Positions 37,379 to 45,926 of a stretch of DNA of 45,926 nucleotides are shown here, one piece after another (the stretch's first letter is position 1; each line of letters begins with the position of its first letter). Both the position numbers and the translations under genes were made by a program. The notes below the pieces were generated by a model. The model had not been told where the DNA came from, made no database searches, and worked only from the letters and a program-made list of their open reading frames with translations. The stretch spans positions 1-45,926 of the IMG/VR virus record IMGVR_UViG_3300033518_000101; one strand, written 5' to 3'. This DNA comes from a virus (Duplodnaviria > Caudoviricetes).

Positions 37379-37555
37379 TTAGTCGAGTTTGATTCTCACG
37401 CTTAAACTTCCAGGGGCTGTTACGGTCTTTGGGACCATAACGTCTTTTTCTGTCAACTTGTGCTGATCAACTGCGCGACGATTGTTGCCGCCGCAACGCC
37501 CAGTGCGTTCTAATCCAGCTTTGTTGCCGCTGTCTTTGATCAGGTTGATATCCAT
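37379..37555 (-). CDS. Small hypothetical protein (58 aa)
   Basis: MDINLIKDSGNK...; TAATG overlap. Confidence 0.5.
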   Translation of the reverse strand: MDINLIKDSGNKAGLERTGRCGGNNRRAVDQHKLTEKDVMVPKTVTAPGSLSVRIKLD

Positions 37556-38103
37556 TATTTCTTGCTTCCGATTGGGCTCTTGGTTCCAACTGGTAGATCG
37601 TTGGTTGTCTTTACCTTAGGTGCCTTCTTGCCGGCGAACTCAAACTTGCGAGTTTCGGCATGTTTGATTAGCTTTTCGCCAAACGCTGCCTCTGGTGGCT
37701 CAGTTGGGTAATCGCTGCCCAGCAATGGGTCGTAGTCTGGGTCCACTTCTATGGCATCCAGCGTTTCTTCTTGGGCGTCGTTCTGGTCATCTGTTAGCAC
37801 AACAATGTGGCTCTCTGGATAGCCAGTTACTTCACCAATGATTGCTGTCAACACTTGTGGCGTAGCTGGGTAGCTGGTCTCAAGGTCGATGATGTTAACC
37901 TCAGTGTTGGTTACGCTTTCTGGGAAGTCAATTGGGTGCTCCTGGATTGGTGTGCGGCTTGGCTTGCTTATGCTTTCGACGCCGAACTTGTCTAGCAAGT
38001 TTTCTAGACGATCCAGTTGCTCACTGGTAACTTCGCCTGCAATCTTGAGGCGGAACACATACGTTTGGTGTGATTCAATTAGATAGTCAATGAAACTTTT
38101 CAT
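37555..38103 (-). CDS. Putative virion structural protein
   Basis: MKSFIDYLIES..Y.FRLKIAG, PIQEHPIDFP; late promoter at 38124-38130. Confidence 0.75.
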   Translation of the reverse strand: MKSFIDYLIESHQTYVFRLKIAGEVTSEQLDRLENLLDKFGVESISKPSRTPIQEHPIDFPESVTNTEVNIIDLETSYPATPQVLTAIIGEVTGYPESHIVVLTDDQNDAQEETLDAIEVDPDYDPLLGSDYPTEPPEAAFGEKLIKHAETRKFEFAGKKAPKVKTTNDLPVGTKSPIGSKK

Positions 38104-38126
38104 AGCGGAATTCCTTATAAGTGTAT

Positions 38127-38573
38127 TTATGCAACGCCGCCCTTGTTTCTCAGCATGTCTAGCAGTGCATTGCGATCTAGTTCACGTGCTTCGCCTTCTT
38201 CTGGGTCTTTGTCATTTATGCCCGCTTGCTTCTCTTGCAGTGCTAGACGGCGCTGTTTGAGCTGCATGTCCATGTATCGCAGCTTCTTGTCAATCTTGTT
38301 GCTCTTGGCTTGGATAGCGTGGCCGATAAACTTGCTGGCTGATTCGAAGATTGGTGCGCTGAAACGTGGCTCCACGTTCATGCCCAGGTCCATAAGCTCG
38401 CCATAGCTGCCTATTGCCTTCTCGGCTAGGTCATCCATTTCTGTGTCGCTTGCACTGAGGTCAGTTATGTCGTCTGGTAGTGCTGCATCCAGCTCTTTGA
38501 GGATCTCAATCTCAGATTTAAACTCCTCTGGAGGCTCAGGTAGGTTGAACAAATCATTTAGCTTATTCGTCAC
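38127..38573 (-). CDS. Putative terminase small subunit-like helical protein
   Basis: KLNDLFNL...LMDLGMNVEPR...DKKL...DRNALL. Function is inferred from size and context only. Confidence 0.5.
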   Translation of the reverse strand: MTNKLNDLFNLPEPPEEFKSEIEILKELDAALPDDITDLSASDTEMDDLAEKAIGSYGELMDLGMNVEPRFSAPIFESASKFIGHAIQAKSNKIDKKLRYMDMQLKQRRLALQEKQAGINDKDPEEGEARELDRNALLDMLRNKGGVA

Positions 38574-38728
38574 GATGTTTTTCCTTTGGTTGAAGACACC
38601 GCTTGAGCAACTTTGTCGATCGCTTGTTTCTGCAGTTTGTCTTGTTTTCTCGTTCGCGCAGAGGTGCACCGGCCTTCGGCGCCGGTTAGGGCTTCGCCGT
38701 TGTTCTCAACTATGTCACGGATCTTCAC
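38570..38728 (-). CDS. Small protein (52 aa) starting MKIRDIVE
   Basis: GTGA overlaps at both ends. Confidence 0.5.
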   Translation of the reverse strand: MKIRDIVENNGEALTGAEGRCTSARTRKQDKLQKQAIDKVAQAVSSTKGKTS

Positions 38729-39390
38729 TTGAATGTCCATCCTTTGTAGTGTGCTAGCTTGCCGGTCTTAACGCTGCTCATCTTTGTAGGTGGTAGGCCC
38801 AGCGCAAGGCATCCTTCTTTTTGGCTGTTGTAGGAGAACTCTTCCCCGGCCGGCGACACCAGTGTGCATTTAGTGCTTCTGGTAGGAGCAATCGACTTGC
38901 CCTTGTTCCACGGTGTATAACCCTCTTTCTTGATGCGTTCCCAGCCGAGCTTCATCTTGGCAATGTCCTCGGGCTTTCTCTTTTTACCCATGTGTAACTC
39001 GCTTAAATAAACCTTGACGTGTTCTGGTGTCTTGTTTGGATAGGGATAGTTTCCCTTGAGATCCTTGTTCCATACCACGGCGTTTTCTTTTACGCTCTTG
39101 TAGAGACGGGCATTCACAGTTCTATAGTCTTTCTGTAGCATCATCCACAGTGCGTTATACATCTTTCTCACAGCGACAGGGTCGGCAAGGAACTTAACCA
39201 GTAGGCGGTGGCATACCCAGTGCTCTTTTAACGTGAGCGCCACTAGATTGCTGTCACTGTTGTCGCCACCGAGACTCCACGGAACCACGTGGTGTATCTC
39301 ATACTTCTGCCCGAGGTCGATTGCTCTAGTCCTTGCATTAGCAATGATTGCTGTATACCATTGGTGATATTTGTTGTCAACTATGTCCAT
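38725..39390 (-). CDS. HNH homing endonuclease
   Basis: NKYHQWY..II, YEIHHVVP.SLGG.N...NLVALT.KEH..CHRLL; WNKG repeats; C-terminal HYKGW. Confidence 0.88.
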   Translation of the reverse strand: MDIVDNKYHQWYTAIIANARTRAIDLGQKYEIHHVVPWSLGGDNSDSNLVALTLKEHWVCHRLLVKFLADPVAVRKMYNALWMMLQKDYRTVNARLYKSVKENAVVWNKDLKGNYPYPNKTPEHVKVYLSELHMGKKRKPEDIAKMKLGWERIKKEGYTPWNKGKSIAPTRSTKCTLVSPAGEEFSYNSQKEGCLALGLPPTKMSSVKTGKLAHYKGWTFK

Positions 39391-39417
39391 ACTGTATTTA
39401 GCATCACTTCGCAAACT

Positions 39418-39858
39418 TTACTTTTTTCTGCCCTTATGGTAGATGTCATGCTCTGTAACAACGCGGAAGTTGATGCCTTGTTGTTTGGCCCATTTTGTCG
39501 CTGCGGCCCACTTGGCAAAGTTGACTGCGACTGCGGCCTTGTTGTGAATGCTGTTGCCGGCTGCTTCCATTGTGCTTTGCTTGGCGGGCTTGACCTCAAT
39601 CAGCTCAGCACGTTTTTGCCCGTTCTTGTCTTGGTAAACGATGAGGAAGTCTGGCACATACACGGTGCTCTTGCCAGTAAGCGGGTTGCGGTATGGAATA
39701 ACCACGCTCTCACTTGCCCAGCTGATGATGGCTGGGTTGTTGTCGCAGAACTGGCAGAATGTGAATTCCCAGCTTGAGCGATATGTTGGCGTTTTTTTGC
39801 CTATGTATTTCTCTGGAAACTGAGGTGTAAATTTTCCCTGGGCATAGTTTCTGGCCAT
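39418..39858 (-). CDS. Head completion nuclease (T4 gp4-like)
   Basis: PEKYIG, YRSSWE, WASE..IPY, YVPDF, IEVKP, KWAAA, FRVVTE. Confidence 0.9.
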   Translation of the reverse strand: MARNYAQGKFTPQFPEKYIGKKTPTYRSSWEFTFCQFCDNNPAIISWASESVVIPYRNPLTGKSTVYVPDFLIVYQDKNGQKRAELIEVKPAKQSTMEAAGNSIHNKAAVAVNFAKWAAATKWAKQQGINFRVVTEHDIYHKGRKK

Positions 39859-39886
39859 ATGTTAACTCTTTACATTGTTCTTATAG

Positions 39887-40462
39887 TTACTTATGCCGGG
39901 TCATTTTCTTCCTGGCCTCTGAGATCTTCTTCTTGGCCTCGTCTGAGCGAGTTTTTCCTTGATTTGATTCGGATATCTTTAGCTTGGTTTCAGCTGAAAG
40001 TTTCCTTCCTATACGCATCTGCCTAACTTCATCTGAGAGAGTCTTCCCTCGATTGGCTTCAGACAGCTTACGCCTAGTCTCTTCTGAGAAGGGTTTTCTT
40101 GCTTTGCCACGTTTTGCCTCAGACATTTTTGCCTTGGTCTCAACTGTTAGAGTCTTTCCAGACATGCTAAATCTTCTTTTACTGCCATAATAGCATCGCT
40201 TGTTTACCATCATTGGATTTTCCAGGTTCTCGTAAATAAAAGCTTGTTCAAAGTCATATGCGTCATCCTTTCCTGAGGACAGATAGAACTCAGCCAGGAT
40301 GGTTTGTGTGTATTCCTCAAACGGATATGAGAGATGCTTACTGCTGGTTTTGTATATGTGTCCGAAGTCTGCCTCACCTGGCACTTGATTGGCTGCGCGA
40401 TATCCGATATAGAACTCACCACTCGGATGATCTATGCGATAGACATATGGGTAAATATTCAT
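39887..40462 (-). CDS. GIY-YIG/NUMOD3 endonuclease, copy C (apparently intact)
   Basis: YVYR..YIGYR, YDFEQ, VNK and several NUMOD3 repeats in one open frame. Confidence 0.85.
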   Translation of the reverse strand: MNIYPYVYRIDHPSGEFYIGYRAANQVPGEADFGHIYKTSSKHLSYPFEEYTQTILAEFYLSSGKDDAYDFEQAFIYENLENPMMVNKRCYYGSKRRFSMSGKTLTVETKAKMSEAKRGKARKPFSEETRRKLSEANRGKTLSDEVRQMRIGRKLSAETKLKISESNQGKTRSDEAKKKISEARKKMTRHK

Positions 40463-40526
40463 GCTGTTGCTCCGTTAAGCGATAGAGTAGTTGGAGTTGG
40501 CGCTCGCGAACTACACTGTTATTTAT
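40463..40526 (-). promoter_or_regulatory. Conserved late promoter plus two-hairpin leader (copy C)
   Basis: Identical to copy A from ATAAATA through AACTACTCT. Confidence 0.85.
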
Positions 40527-40547
40527 CCAAAAGACTCAATTTCTGTA

Positions 40548-40922
40548 TTATGTCCTCAGGTTTCTAGCAACCATCTCGTTGGGGTTGGGTGTAGCAGCGT
40601 AGCCAATCTTGCTGGTGTTGCGACGGCTGGTGTTGAAGATACCGATCAGTGCTGCTTTGAAGTTTTCGTTGTTCTGGTATTTCTTGAAGTCCTCTAGCAC
40701 GGTCATTGGATCAACGCCGGTGGTGTAGGTGACCTCGAGAAGGGCTGAGGCCAGGCTGCTGGCTGCTTCTTTGTTGTTGGTGCGCCCTAGGAAAAAGGTG
40801 TAGACCGCATCATACTGTTGCCCACTGATCGGAAAGCGCAGGTCGTAGTAGCTATCAGCGTAGGCACGCTCTTGCTGACTGCGGTTGGATGGGGCAATGG
40901 TAGGAAGGTTGGTGCTTGACAT
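40548..40922 (-). CDS. Hypothetical tail/baseplate-region protein
   Basis: 124 aa; AAGGA RBS; lies in the tail operon. Confidence 0.7.
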   Translation of the reverse strand: MSSTNLPTIAPSNRSQQERAYADSYYDLRFPISGQQYDAVYTFFLGRTNNKEAASSLASALLEVTYTTGVDPMTVLEDFKKYQNNENFKAALIGIFNTSRRNTSKIGYAATPNPNEMVARNLRT

Positions 40923-40930
40923 GGTGTTCC

Positions 40931-42190
40931 TTAGACGTATGGTGGCAGTTTAGCCCGTGGATCGGTGCTAGGCAATGGTGGGAAGCTGCGGGCAAACAAT
41001 GCTGCTTCTGCGGCAGTTAGCCCAGTTGGTTGATTTGGATTGATGGCAATCACAGGGCTGGCTTGTGTGTCAGCCTGGCTGATTGGTGTAACCCTTACGC
41101 CCTCGCCGCTGTTGGCTAGCGCAATGTTCTTGCCGTTGCTGCTGATGTTGTTGCTGCGAGGAATCTCTGCGTTGTAGATCTTCTGGTTCTTGTTGAGCTC
41201 TACTAGGAAGTCCTTTTGATCAACGCGCATGGCGTCTGGGAAGTTAAACTCCTTGGGTGCTCCAGTGTTGTCAGTGTTGCCAGCCACCATCTTCTTCCAA
41301 TCAACGTAGTCCGCTGTTTGAAAGCGTTGTGCTGGTGTTGGATTGACCTTACCTGGGCCTTCGTTGGCTTGGCGCACCATGGCACTCATCTGCTCTTCGC
41401 TTAGTTCAACAGGCAATCGTGGGGCGTTTTCGCGCTTGGCAAATTGTGTAGCGCCTGGGCTACCAAATTCAATGCCACCCAGTCCTAAACTGCTGAACTC
41501 TTGATCGTAGCGTTCGGTGTTCTCAACGCCAAAGCCAGGAATAGTGTTGGTGGTGCCTGTGAAGTAGCTCAGTGATTCATACTCGATGGTCAGCGTTAGC
41601 GCCAGCGTTTTGGCACCATCGCCATACTCGAGGTTGTCAAAATCAGCAGCACTGATGACAGGGTTCATCAAGTTCATCATGCTGTATTCATGGTTACCCA
41701 TGTTGTAGATTTCCAGGCTGCGCAGGAATGGAGTCTGGCGATCAACGTCAAGGCCAAAGGCCCTGTCTGTCTCAAACACTGAGTAGGTTGTGTTTTCGGC
41801 CCAGGTGTTGGTGTTGGCATACTTGCTGTCAGCCAGGTAGTGTTGGTTGTAATCAATCCACAGGTTACGCACTGTGTTGGCCACGTCATCGTGTAGCACT
41901 ATACTAACCGGGTCATAGGAAACCCGCTTCTTGATAATGCGCTTGCGATTGTATTGGTTCAGCGCCTCGGTCTCAAACTTGATTTGAGGGAGGTCAGCCG
42001 CTTTGATGAGAACGCTGATTGCTTTGCTGGTGTCGCTGCCAACTGTGTTAGCAAACACCAAGCGAACGTGAAACAGGAACCCTTGGTATGGAAGGTTGCT
42101 GTAGCCAGGTGCAGTCGTGAAGGTTTTGGCTGCGTGATTGTAGTCACGCAACACAAAACCTGGATTGAAGCTGTTGTTAAGACGAGCCAT
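40931..42190 (-). CDS. Tail-tube-like/baseplate tube initiator protein
   Basis: LIKAADLP, NQYNRKR, YDPVSIVLHDD, LTIEYE; tube-fold pattern downstream of the tube gene. Confidence 0.7.
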   Translation of the reverse strand: MARLNNSFNPGFVLRDYNHAAKTFTTAPGYSNLPYQGFLFHVRLVFANTVGSDTSKAISVLIKAADLPQIKFETEALNQYNRKRIIKKRVSYDPVSIVLHDDVANTVRNLWIDYNQHYLADSKYANTNTWAENTTYSVFETDRAFGLDVDRQTPFLRSLEIYNMGNHEYSMMNLMNPVISAADFDNLEYGDGAKTLALTLTIEYESLSYFTGTTNTIPGFGVENTERYDQEFSSLGLGGIEFGSPGATQFAKRENAPRLPVELSEEQMSAMVRQANEGPGKVNPTPAQRFQTADYVDWKKMVAGNTDNTGAPKEFNFPDAMRVDQKDFLVELNKNQKIYNAEIPRSNNISSNGKNIALANSGEGVRVTPISQADTQASPVIAINPNQPTGLTAAEAALFARSFPPLPSTDPRAKLPPYV

Positions 42191-42206
42191 ACCTGCTCCT
42201 TACCGA

Positions 42207-42824
42207 TTAGCCGGTAGCAACAGTGCCGTTTAGTCTTGGAACCACTGCACCAACGCCTGAACCGTCTGCTTTTTGCAGAGCGTTATCGAAGCGAAGCACT
42301 AGGCTAATAGTAACAGGCTCGCTGCTGTTGTATGCCAGCTGGTTGTAGTTTGCACTCTGGATGAAGCAACCATACATTTCCCATGTTTCAAGGACTTGTG
42401 GGCTTTCAACACCGTTACCACCATCTAGGATTTCGCAACGTGTAACAAACTTGTAGTCAATACCGCTTGCTGCGCTTGCTTGCTCGAAGAAGTCGAACTG
42501 GCGTTGTAGTTGCTCGCCAACCAAACGGCTGACAGTGCCAAGAGCGTCGTCACGTAGGTTAACGGCGACATCGCCCCAGTTGTGCTTACCGGCAAGTTTG
42601 ATCTTGCTGTTGTAAACGTCTAGTGTGATATCGTCAAAGCTGATCTCTGGGCGAGCAAAGTCTACTACCTGTTTGGTTAGCTCTGTGCGTGGGGTGCTAA
42701 TACCGAAGTTTTCAAACATCACCCTAAAGCGATACTGAAGCTTGGGCATTAGGAGGCCCTGTGCTGAGGCGCTTTGATCGCTAGCAACAGGAACAGTAAA
42801 TCTCGTCAAACTTGCGACTGACAT
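42207..42824 (-). CDS. Tail tube protein (gp19-like)
   Basis: PKLQYRFRV, KLAGKHNW, LDGGNG, WEMYGCF, LRFDNA; directly after the sheath gene with ATAAATA at 42857-42863. Confidence 0.88.
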   Translation of the reverse strand: MSVASLTRFTVPVASDQSASAQGLLMPKLQYRFRVMFENFGISTPRTELTKQVVDFARPEISFDDITLDVYNSKIKLAGKHNWGDVAVNLRDDALGTVSRLVGEQLQRQFDFFEQASAASGIDYKFVTRCEILDGGNGVESPQVLETWEMYGCFIQSANYNQLAYNSSEPVTISLVLRFDNALQKADGSGVGAVVPRLNGTVATG

Positions 42825-42916
42825 CTTGTGAATTCTCCTATGTGGTCTTCTAATACTATTTATCTATCTCAGGTGAGAAAAAAGAGGTGGTAACAGAGTT
42901 TTGACCTAAAGTCAAG

Positions 42917-42942
42917 AAAAAACCCTGGGGAGACCCAGGGTT
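42917..42942 (-). terminator. Rho-independent terminator after the sheath gene
   Basis: AACCCTGGG-tctc-CCCAGGGTT followed by a T-run. Confidence 0.8.
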
Positions 42943-42958
42943 AATTCAGTGTTGTGTC

Positions 42959-45925
42959 TTAGCCAATCTCGCCAGTGTTCTTGATGCGGATTGGAATGTA
43001 GATGAATTCGATGGCCTTAACTGGTTCGATTGCGATGTCGATATACAGTTCGTTGCGGTCGATTCTGTCTGGTGTGTTGTTTGAGTCATCGCACACAACC
43101 AGGTAGTCATACAGGGCGCGCTTGGCGATCAAGTCGTTGCAGAAGCTTTCAACCACGCCACGCACTTCGTCACGGGTGATCTTGTCGTTTGGTTCGAACA
43201 AGAACTGACGCACAATCTTGTCTAGGCTTGAACGCATGTAAGCTGTCAAGCGTGAGATGTTGATTCTGTCAAGTGCGCTGCTACTTGCGCTGCGAGTCTT
43301 TTGGCCAAATGCTACGATACCAGTCTCTGGTGTTTGCATCAGTGGGTTTACGTTGTTTTCGTAAAGGATGTCGCGAACACCTTGACGCACACCAATCGTT
43401 ACAAACTCACCGGTTTCAGTTAGGTAACCTAGTCGGCTTGCGTTGTCGACTGTGCCACGACGCACACCAGCTGGCGCGAACCATGGATAGCTCACGCTGT
43501 CGCTGCGGATCATCATACGCAACACGCCATAGCTGCTTGGCATTGCCACTTGGTTGCCGTTTAGGTCGTTGCCCATCAGGCTTGGATACCAAACGCCAAC
43601 GTATGGATCACGCACAACCAGTGCATTCTCGCTGTCTACACCTTCAAGATCGCTGTTGAGCAGCCAATCTGTCAGTGCAGTGCCTTCGCTTGCGATACGG
43701 AATGGTGCGTCGCCTACGATGAACGCTGTCTGCTTGCGGTCGTTGTTCAGCTGAACCATGTTCTGAATCAGCTCTGGGTAACCAGGTGCTGCAATCAGGT
43801 TGAACGTGCGCTGCTCTTCACGGATCTCAGTGTTGGTGTCGATTGCGGCGCGCATTGCAGCAACGATAACGTTGCGTTGTGCTTTACGTCCAAAGAACGC
43901 ATGGCCGTTTTCACGTGAACCACTTACACTTACCCAAGCGTTAGGATCTGTTGGCATAACTTGTCCTGGGAAATCAGTGCTGTTGAAGTAGTTACGACGA
44001 TACTCTTTCACGTTGAAGCTGCTACGACGAGTGTTCCAAAGGATCATACCACGTGGGTAACGACTTGCACTTGGAGCATCAAGGTCGAGGTAGTTGCTAG
44101 TCAACAGTGTCTCGATAGTTAGGAGGTCGTCTGTAACAACGTCGTCGGTGCCGTTGCCCATCAAACGTGCGTCTGCAAACAGAACACCGTTTTCAGTTGT
44201 TTGGTCAGCTAGGTCTAGCTCAATCCACTTGTTCTCGCCTGAGATCAACTCGTAACGATACAGCTTTGGGTAGTTCTCTAGGTCGCTGGTGTCGATCCAA
44301 AGATCGCCAAATACCAGTGCGCTACCGTCGCTCTGCTCAACTGGCTCAGTGCTGCTGAACAGCGGGCCCTTGGGGTCAGTGTTGGTTAGGTTGAAGCCGC
44401 GTGCATCGTTGCTCACGTTGCGGTAGCCCTTCCAGCTTGTGCCATCGTGAATCAACACGTCGGCTTCACCAGTTGAACCCCAATACCAAAGTGTGCCATC
44501 TGCAGGGTCTGCACCTGGTGCATCAGTGCTTACAGCAATCTCGGTCTCAACCCAGTTGCTTACGATAACGTCGTTGTTTGGACCTGCACGGCAGAAGTCG
44601 TTGGCGTCAGTGATACCAGCGTCATTAAGTGGTGTTCCTACAGTGTCCTCCAGCACCAGCACACCGCCAGCAGTGTGGAAGATGCTTACAGTGCCGTCGC
44701 CGTTAACTTGTGCGCCAACGTATGGGATACCCAATGCCAGGATGTCTGCAACCAAGCTGTCGCCAGTTGCGCCGCTCAGTGTCACAGTGTATGGACCATC
44801 CATTGTTTCATAGTTAGGGTAGCTTAGGCTGATTTTGAACTTGTCAGTTGGAGTCATAACAGGTGCTAGCTCGGTGCCAGTTACCATTGTTACGCCGGTC
44901 TTAACACGGTCAAACACTTTGTAAGTTACGGTGCTAGCAGCTTCTACGTCATACTGAACATACACGCTACCAACTGGGATACCGCTACCACCACGTAGTG
45001 GGTCAAATGCTTTGTTTGCTGCGGCGTCGCTTGCATACAATGGCGCGCTTAGAAGCTGCCAGTTGCCAGTTAGTTCGTTGTAACGCTTGACTGAGAAGCT
45101 TGCGCCGAAGTTAACAGCGGTGGTCTTAACCCAGATGCTGCCGCTTGGACGTGGCTCGCCGTCACCAGTCTTCCACTGTGGAACGCTGGTGTGTGCGCTT
45201 TGCTGAACTGCTGGGCGGTAGTATGTGTCAGCGTTGATGCCTAGTAGGTCAAGAGTGGTTCCTGATACCTGGGCAATAGCAACTGCACCGTCAATGGTGC
45301 TGCCGTTGCTAGCTGAACCAGCGTCTGCATAAATCTCTAGGCGTCCACTCATTACCGCTGCGGTAACACCAGCAATGGTTGCGCTGTTGATGACGCTTGC
45401 CAAGCTTTCGATGGTTACGCCAGTTAGTGACACAGTGGTTCCGTTAACGCTGATGCTGTCTAGGGCAACCAGTGTTGGGTTTACATAACCTGATGCCACT
45501 GCCGCAACGCTGCCCATCCATGCATCGCTACCTACTAGGACCCATGCATTGCTGCGGTTCTTGTAGTAAACTGGCAGTGCTGAGTTGGTTGCAACCACAG
45601 CATAAGTGCCAACGCTGCCGATGCTGCTCTTTGGCACGCCACCGCTTAGGTCGTCTGCGTCAGTGATAACAATCGGAGTGATTGCGTTGAATTCCTGGTA
45701 ATACTGATCCCACTGGAAGATACCCCAACGTGTTGGAGTCAAGTCTAGCCAGTAAGTCATGTCTGCTGGGTCAGCAAGTGGGCGCCCACTTAGACCAACC
45801 AACTGTCCAAGGTCAATGTCAGCACGGATAACGTATGCGCGGCTGGTTGAACCTAGCAAGCTATATGCTGTCTGTAGACCATATTCGTTCAGCTCGTAGC
45901 CGTGAATTGGTGTGTTGTTTGTGTC
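42959..45925 (-). CDS. Contractile tail sheath protein (gp18-like); 5' end lies outside the window
   Basis: PWFAPAG..RG, NVNP, FGQKT, LDRINISRL, FLFEPND, CDDSNNTP, IEPVKAIEFIYIP; frame stays open to the window edge. Confidence 0.95.
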   Translation of the reverse strand, partial: DTNNTPIHGYELNEYGLQTAYSLLGSTSRAYVIRADIDLGQLVGLSGRPLADPADMTYWLDLTPTRWGIFQWDQYYQEFNAITPIVITDADDLSGGVPKSSIGSVGTYAVVATNSALPVYYKNRSNAWVLVGSDAWMGSVAAVASGYVNPTLVALDSISVNGTTVSLTGVTIESLASVINSATIAGVTAAVMSGRLEIYADAGSASNGSTIDGAVAIAQVSGTTLDLLGINADTYYRPAVQQSAHTSVPQWKTGDGEPRPSGSIWVKTTAVNFGASFSVKRYNELTGNWQLLSAPLYASDAAANKAFDPLRGGSGIPVGSVYVQYDVEAASTVTYKVFDRVKTGVTMVTGTELAPVMTPTDKFKISLSYPNYETMDGPYTVTLSGATGDSLVADILALGIPYVGAQVNGDGTVSIFHTAGGVLVLEDTVGTPLNDAGITDANDFCRAGPNNDVIVSNWVETEIAVSTDAPGADPADGTLWYWGSTGEADVLIHDGTSWKGYRNVSNDARGFNLTNTDPKGPLFSSTEPVEQSDGSALVFGDLWIDTSDLENYPKLYRYELISGENKWIELDLADQTTENGVLFADARLMGNGTDDVVTDDLLTIETLLTSNYLDLDAPSASRYPRGMILWNTRRSSFNVKEYRRNYFNSTDFPGQVMPTDPNAWVSVSGSRENGHAFFGRKAQRNVIVAAMRAAIDTNTEIREEQRTFNLIAAPGYPELIQNMVQLNNDRKQTAFIVGDAPFRIASEGTALTDWLLNSDLEGVDSENALVVRDPYVGVWYPSLMGNDLNGNQVAMPSSYGVLRMMIRSDSVSYPWFAPAGVRRGTVDNASRLGYLTETGEFVTIGVRQGVRDILYENNVNPLMQTPETGIVAFGQKTRSASSSALDRINISRLTAYMRSSLDKIVRQFLFEPNDKITRDEVRGVVESFCNDLIAKRALYDYLVVCDDSNNTPDRIDRNELYIDIAIEPVKAIEFIYIPIRIKNTGEIG

Positions 45926-45926
45926 A

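Noticed and set aside
39418-39858. TnsA-like transposase
   Set aside because: The motifs and structural-gene context match T4 gp4 head completion protein; no other Tn7 genes are present.
10743-40526. The repeated leader as a CRISPR repeat or tRNA
   Set aside because: The copies are dispersed with no spacer array, no cas genes and no cloverleaf.

Overview
A 45.9 kb segment of a large T4-like (myovirus) phage genome, mostly transcribed on the minus strand. The host is possibly an alphaproteobacterium (inferred from a Usg-like gene). Right to left it holds: tail sheath and tube; head-completion gp4; putative head proteins; a terminase large subunit split by an atypical split intein with an HNH gene between the halves; gp32/UvsX/UvsY; a ~6.5 kb glycosyltransferase/sugar-nucleotide cluster; small early ORFs with dNMP kinase; an NDP-sugar dehydrogenase/oxygenase/aminotransferase/amidinotransferase operon; an AAA ATPase; and a UvsW helicase with two inteins (one LAGLIDADG, one split). 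The window is crowded with intact and decayed homing-endonuclease genes. The most unusual signal is a five-copy GIY-YIG/NUMOD3 element with a conserved ~60-nt two-hairpin leader that shows covariation and pairs better on the antisense strand. Also notable are many late promoters placed 4-5 nt before start codons (leaderless mRNAs) and two inverted-duplication scars at gene 5' ends. All assignments come from motif recognition by eye; no database searches were run.
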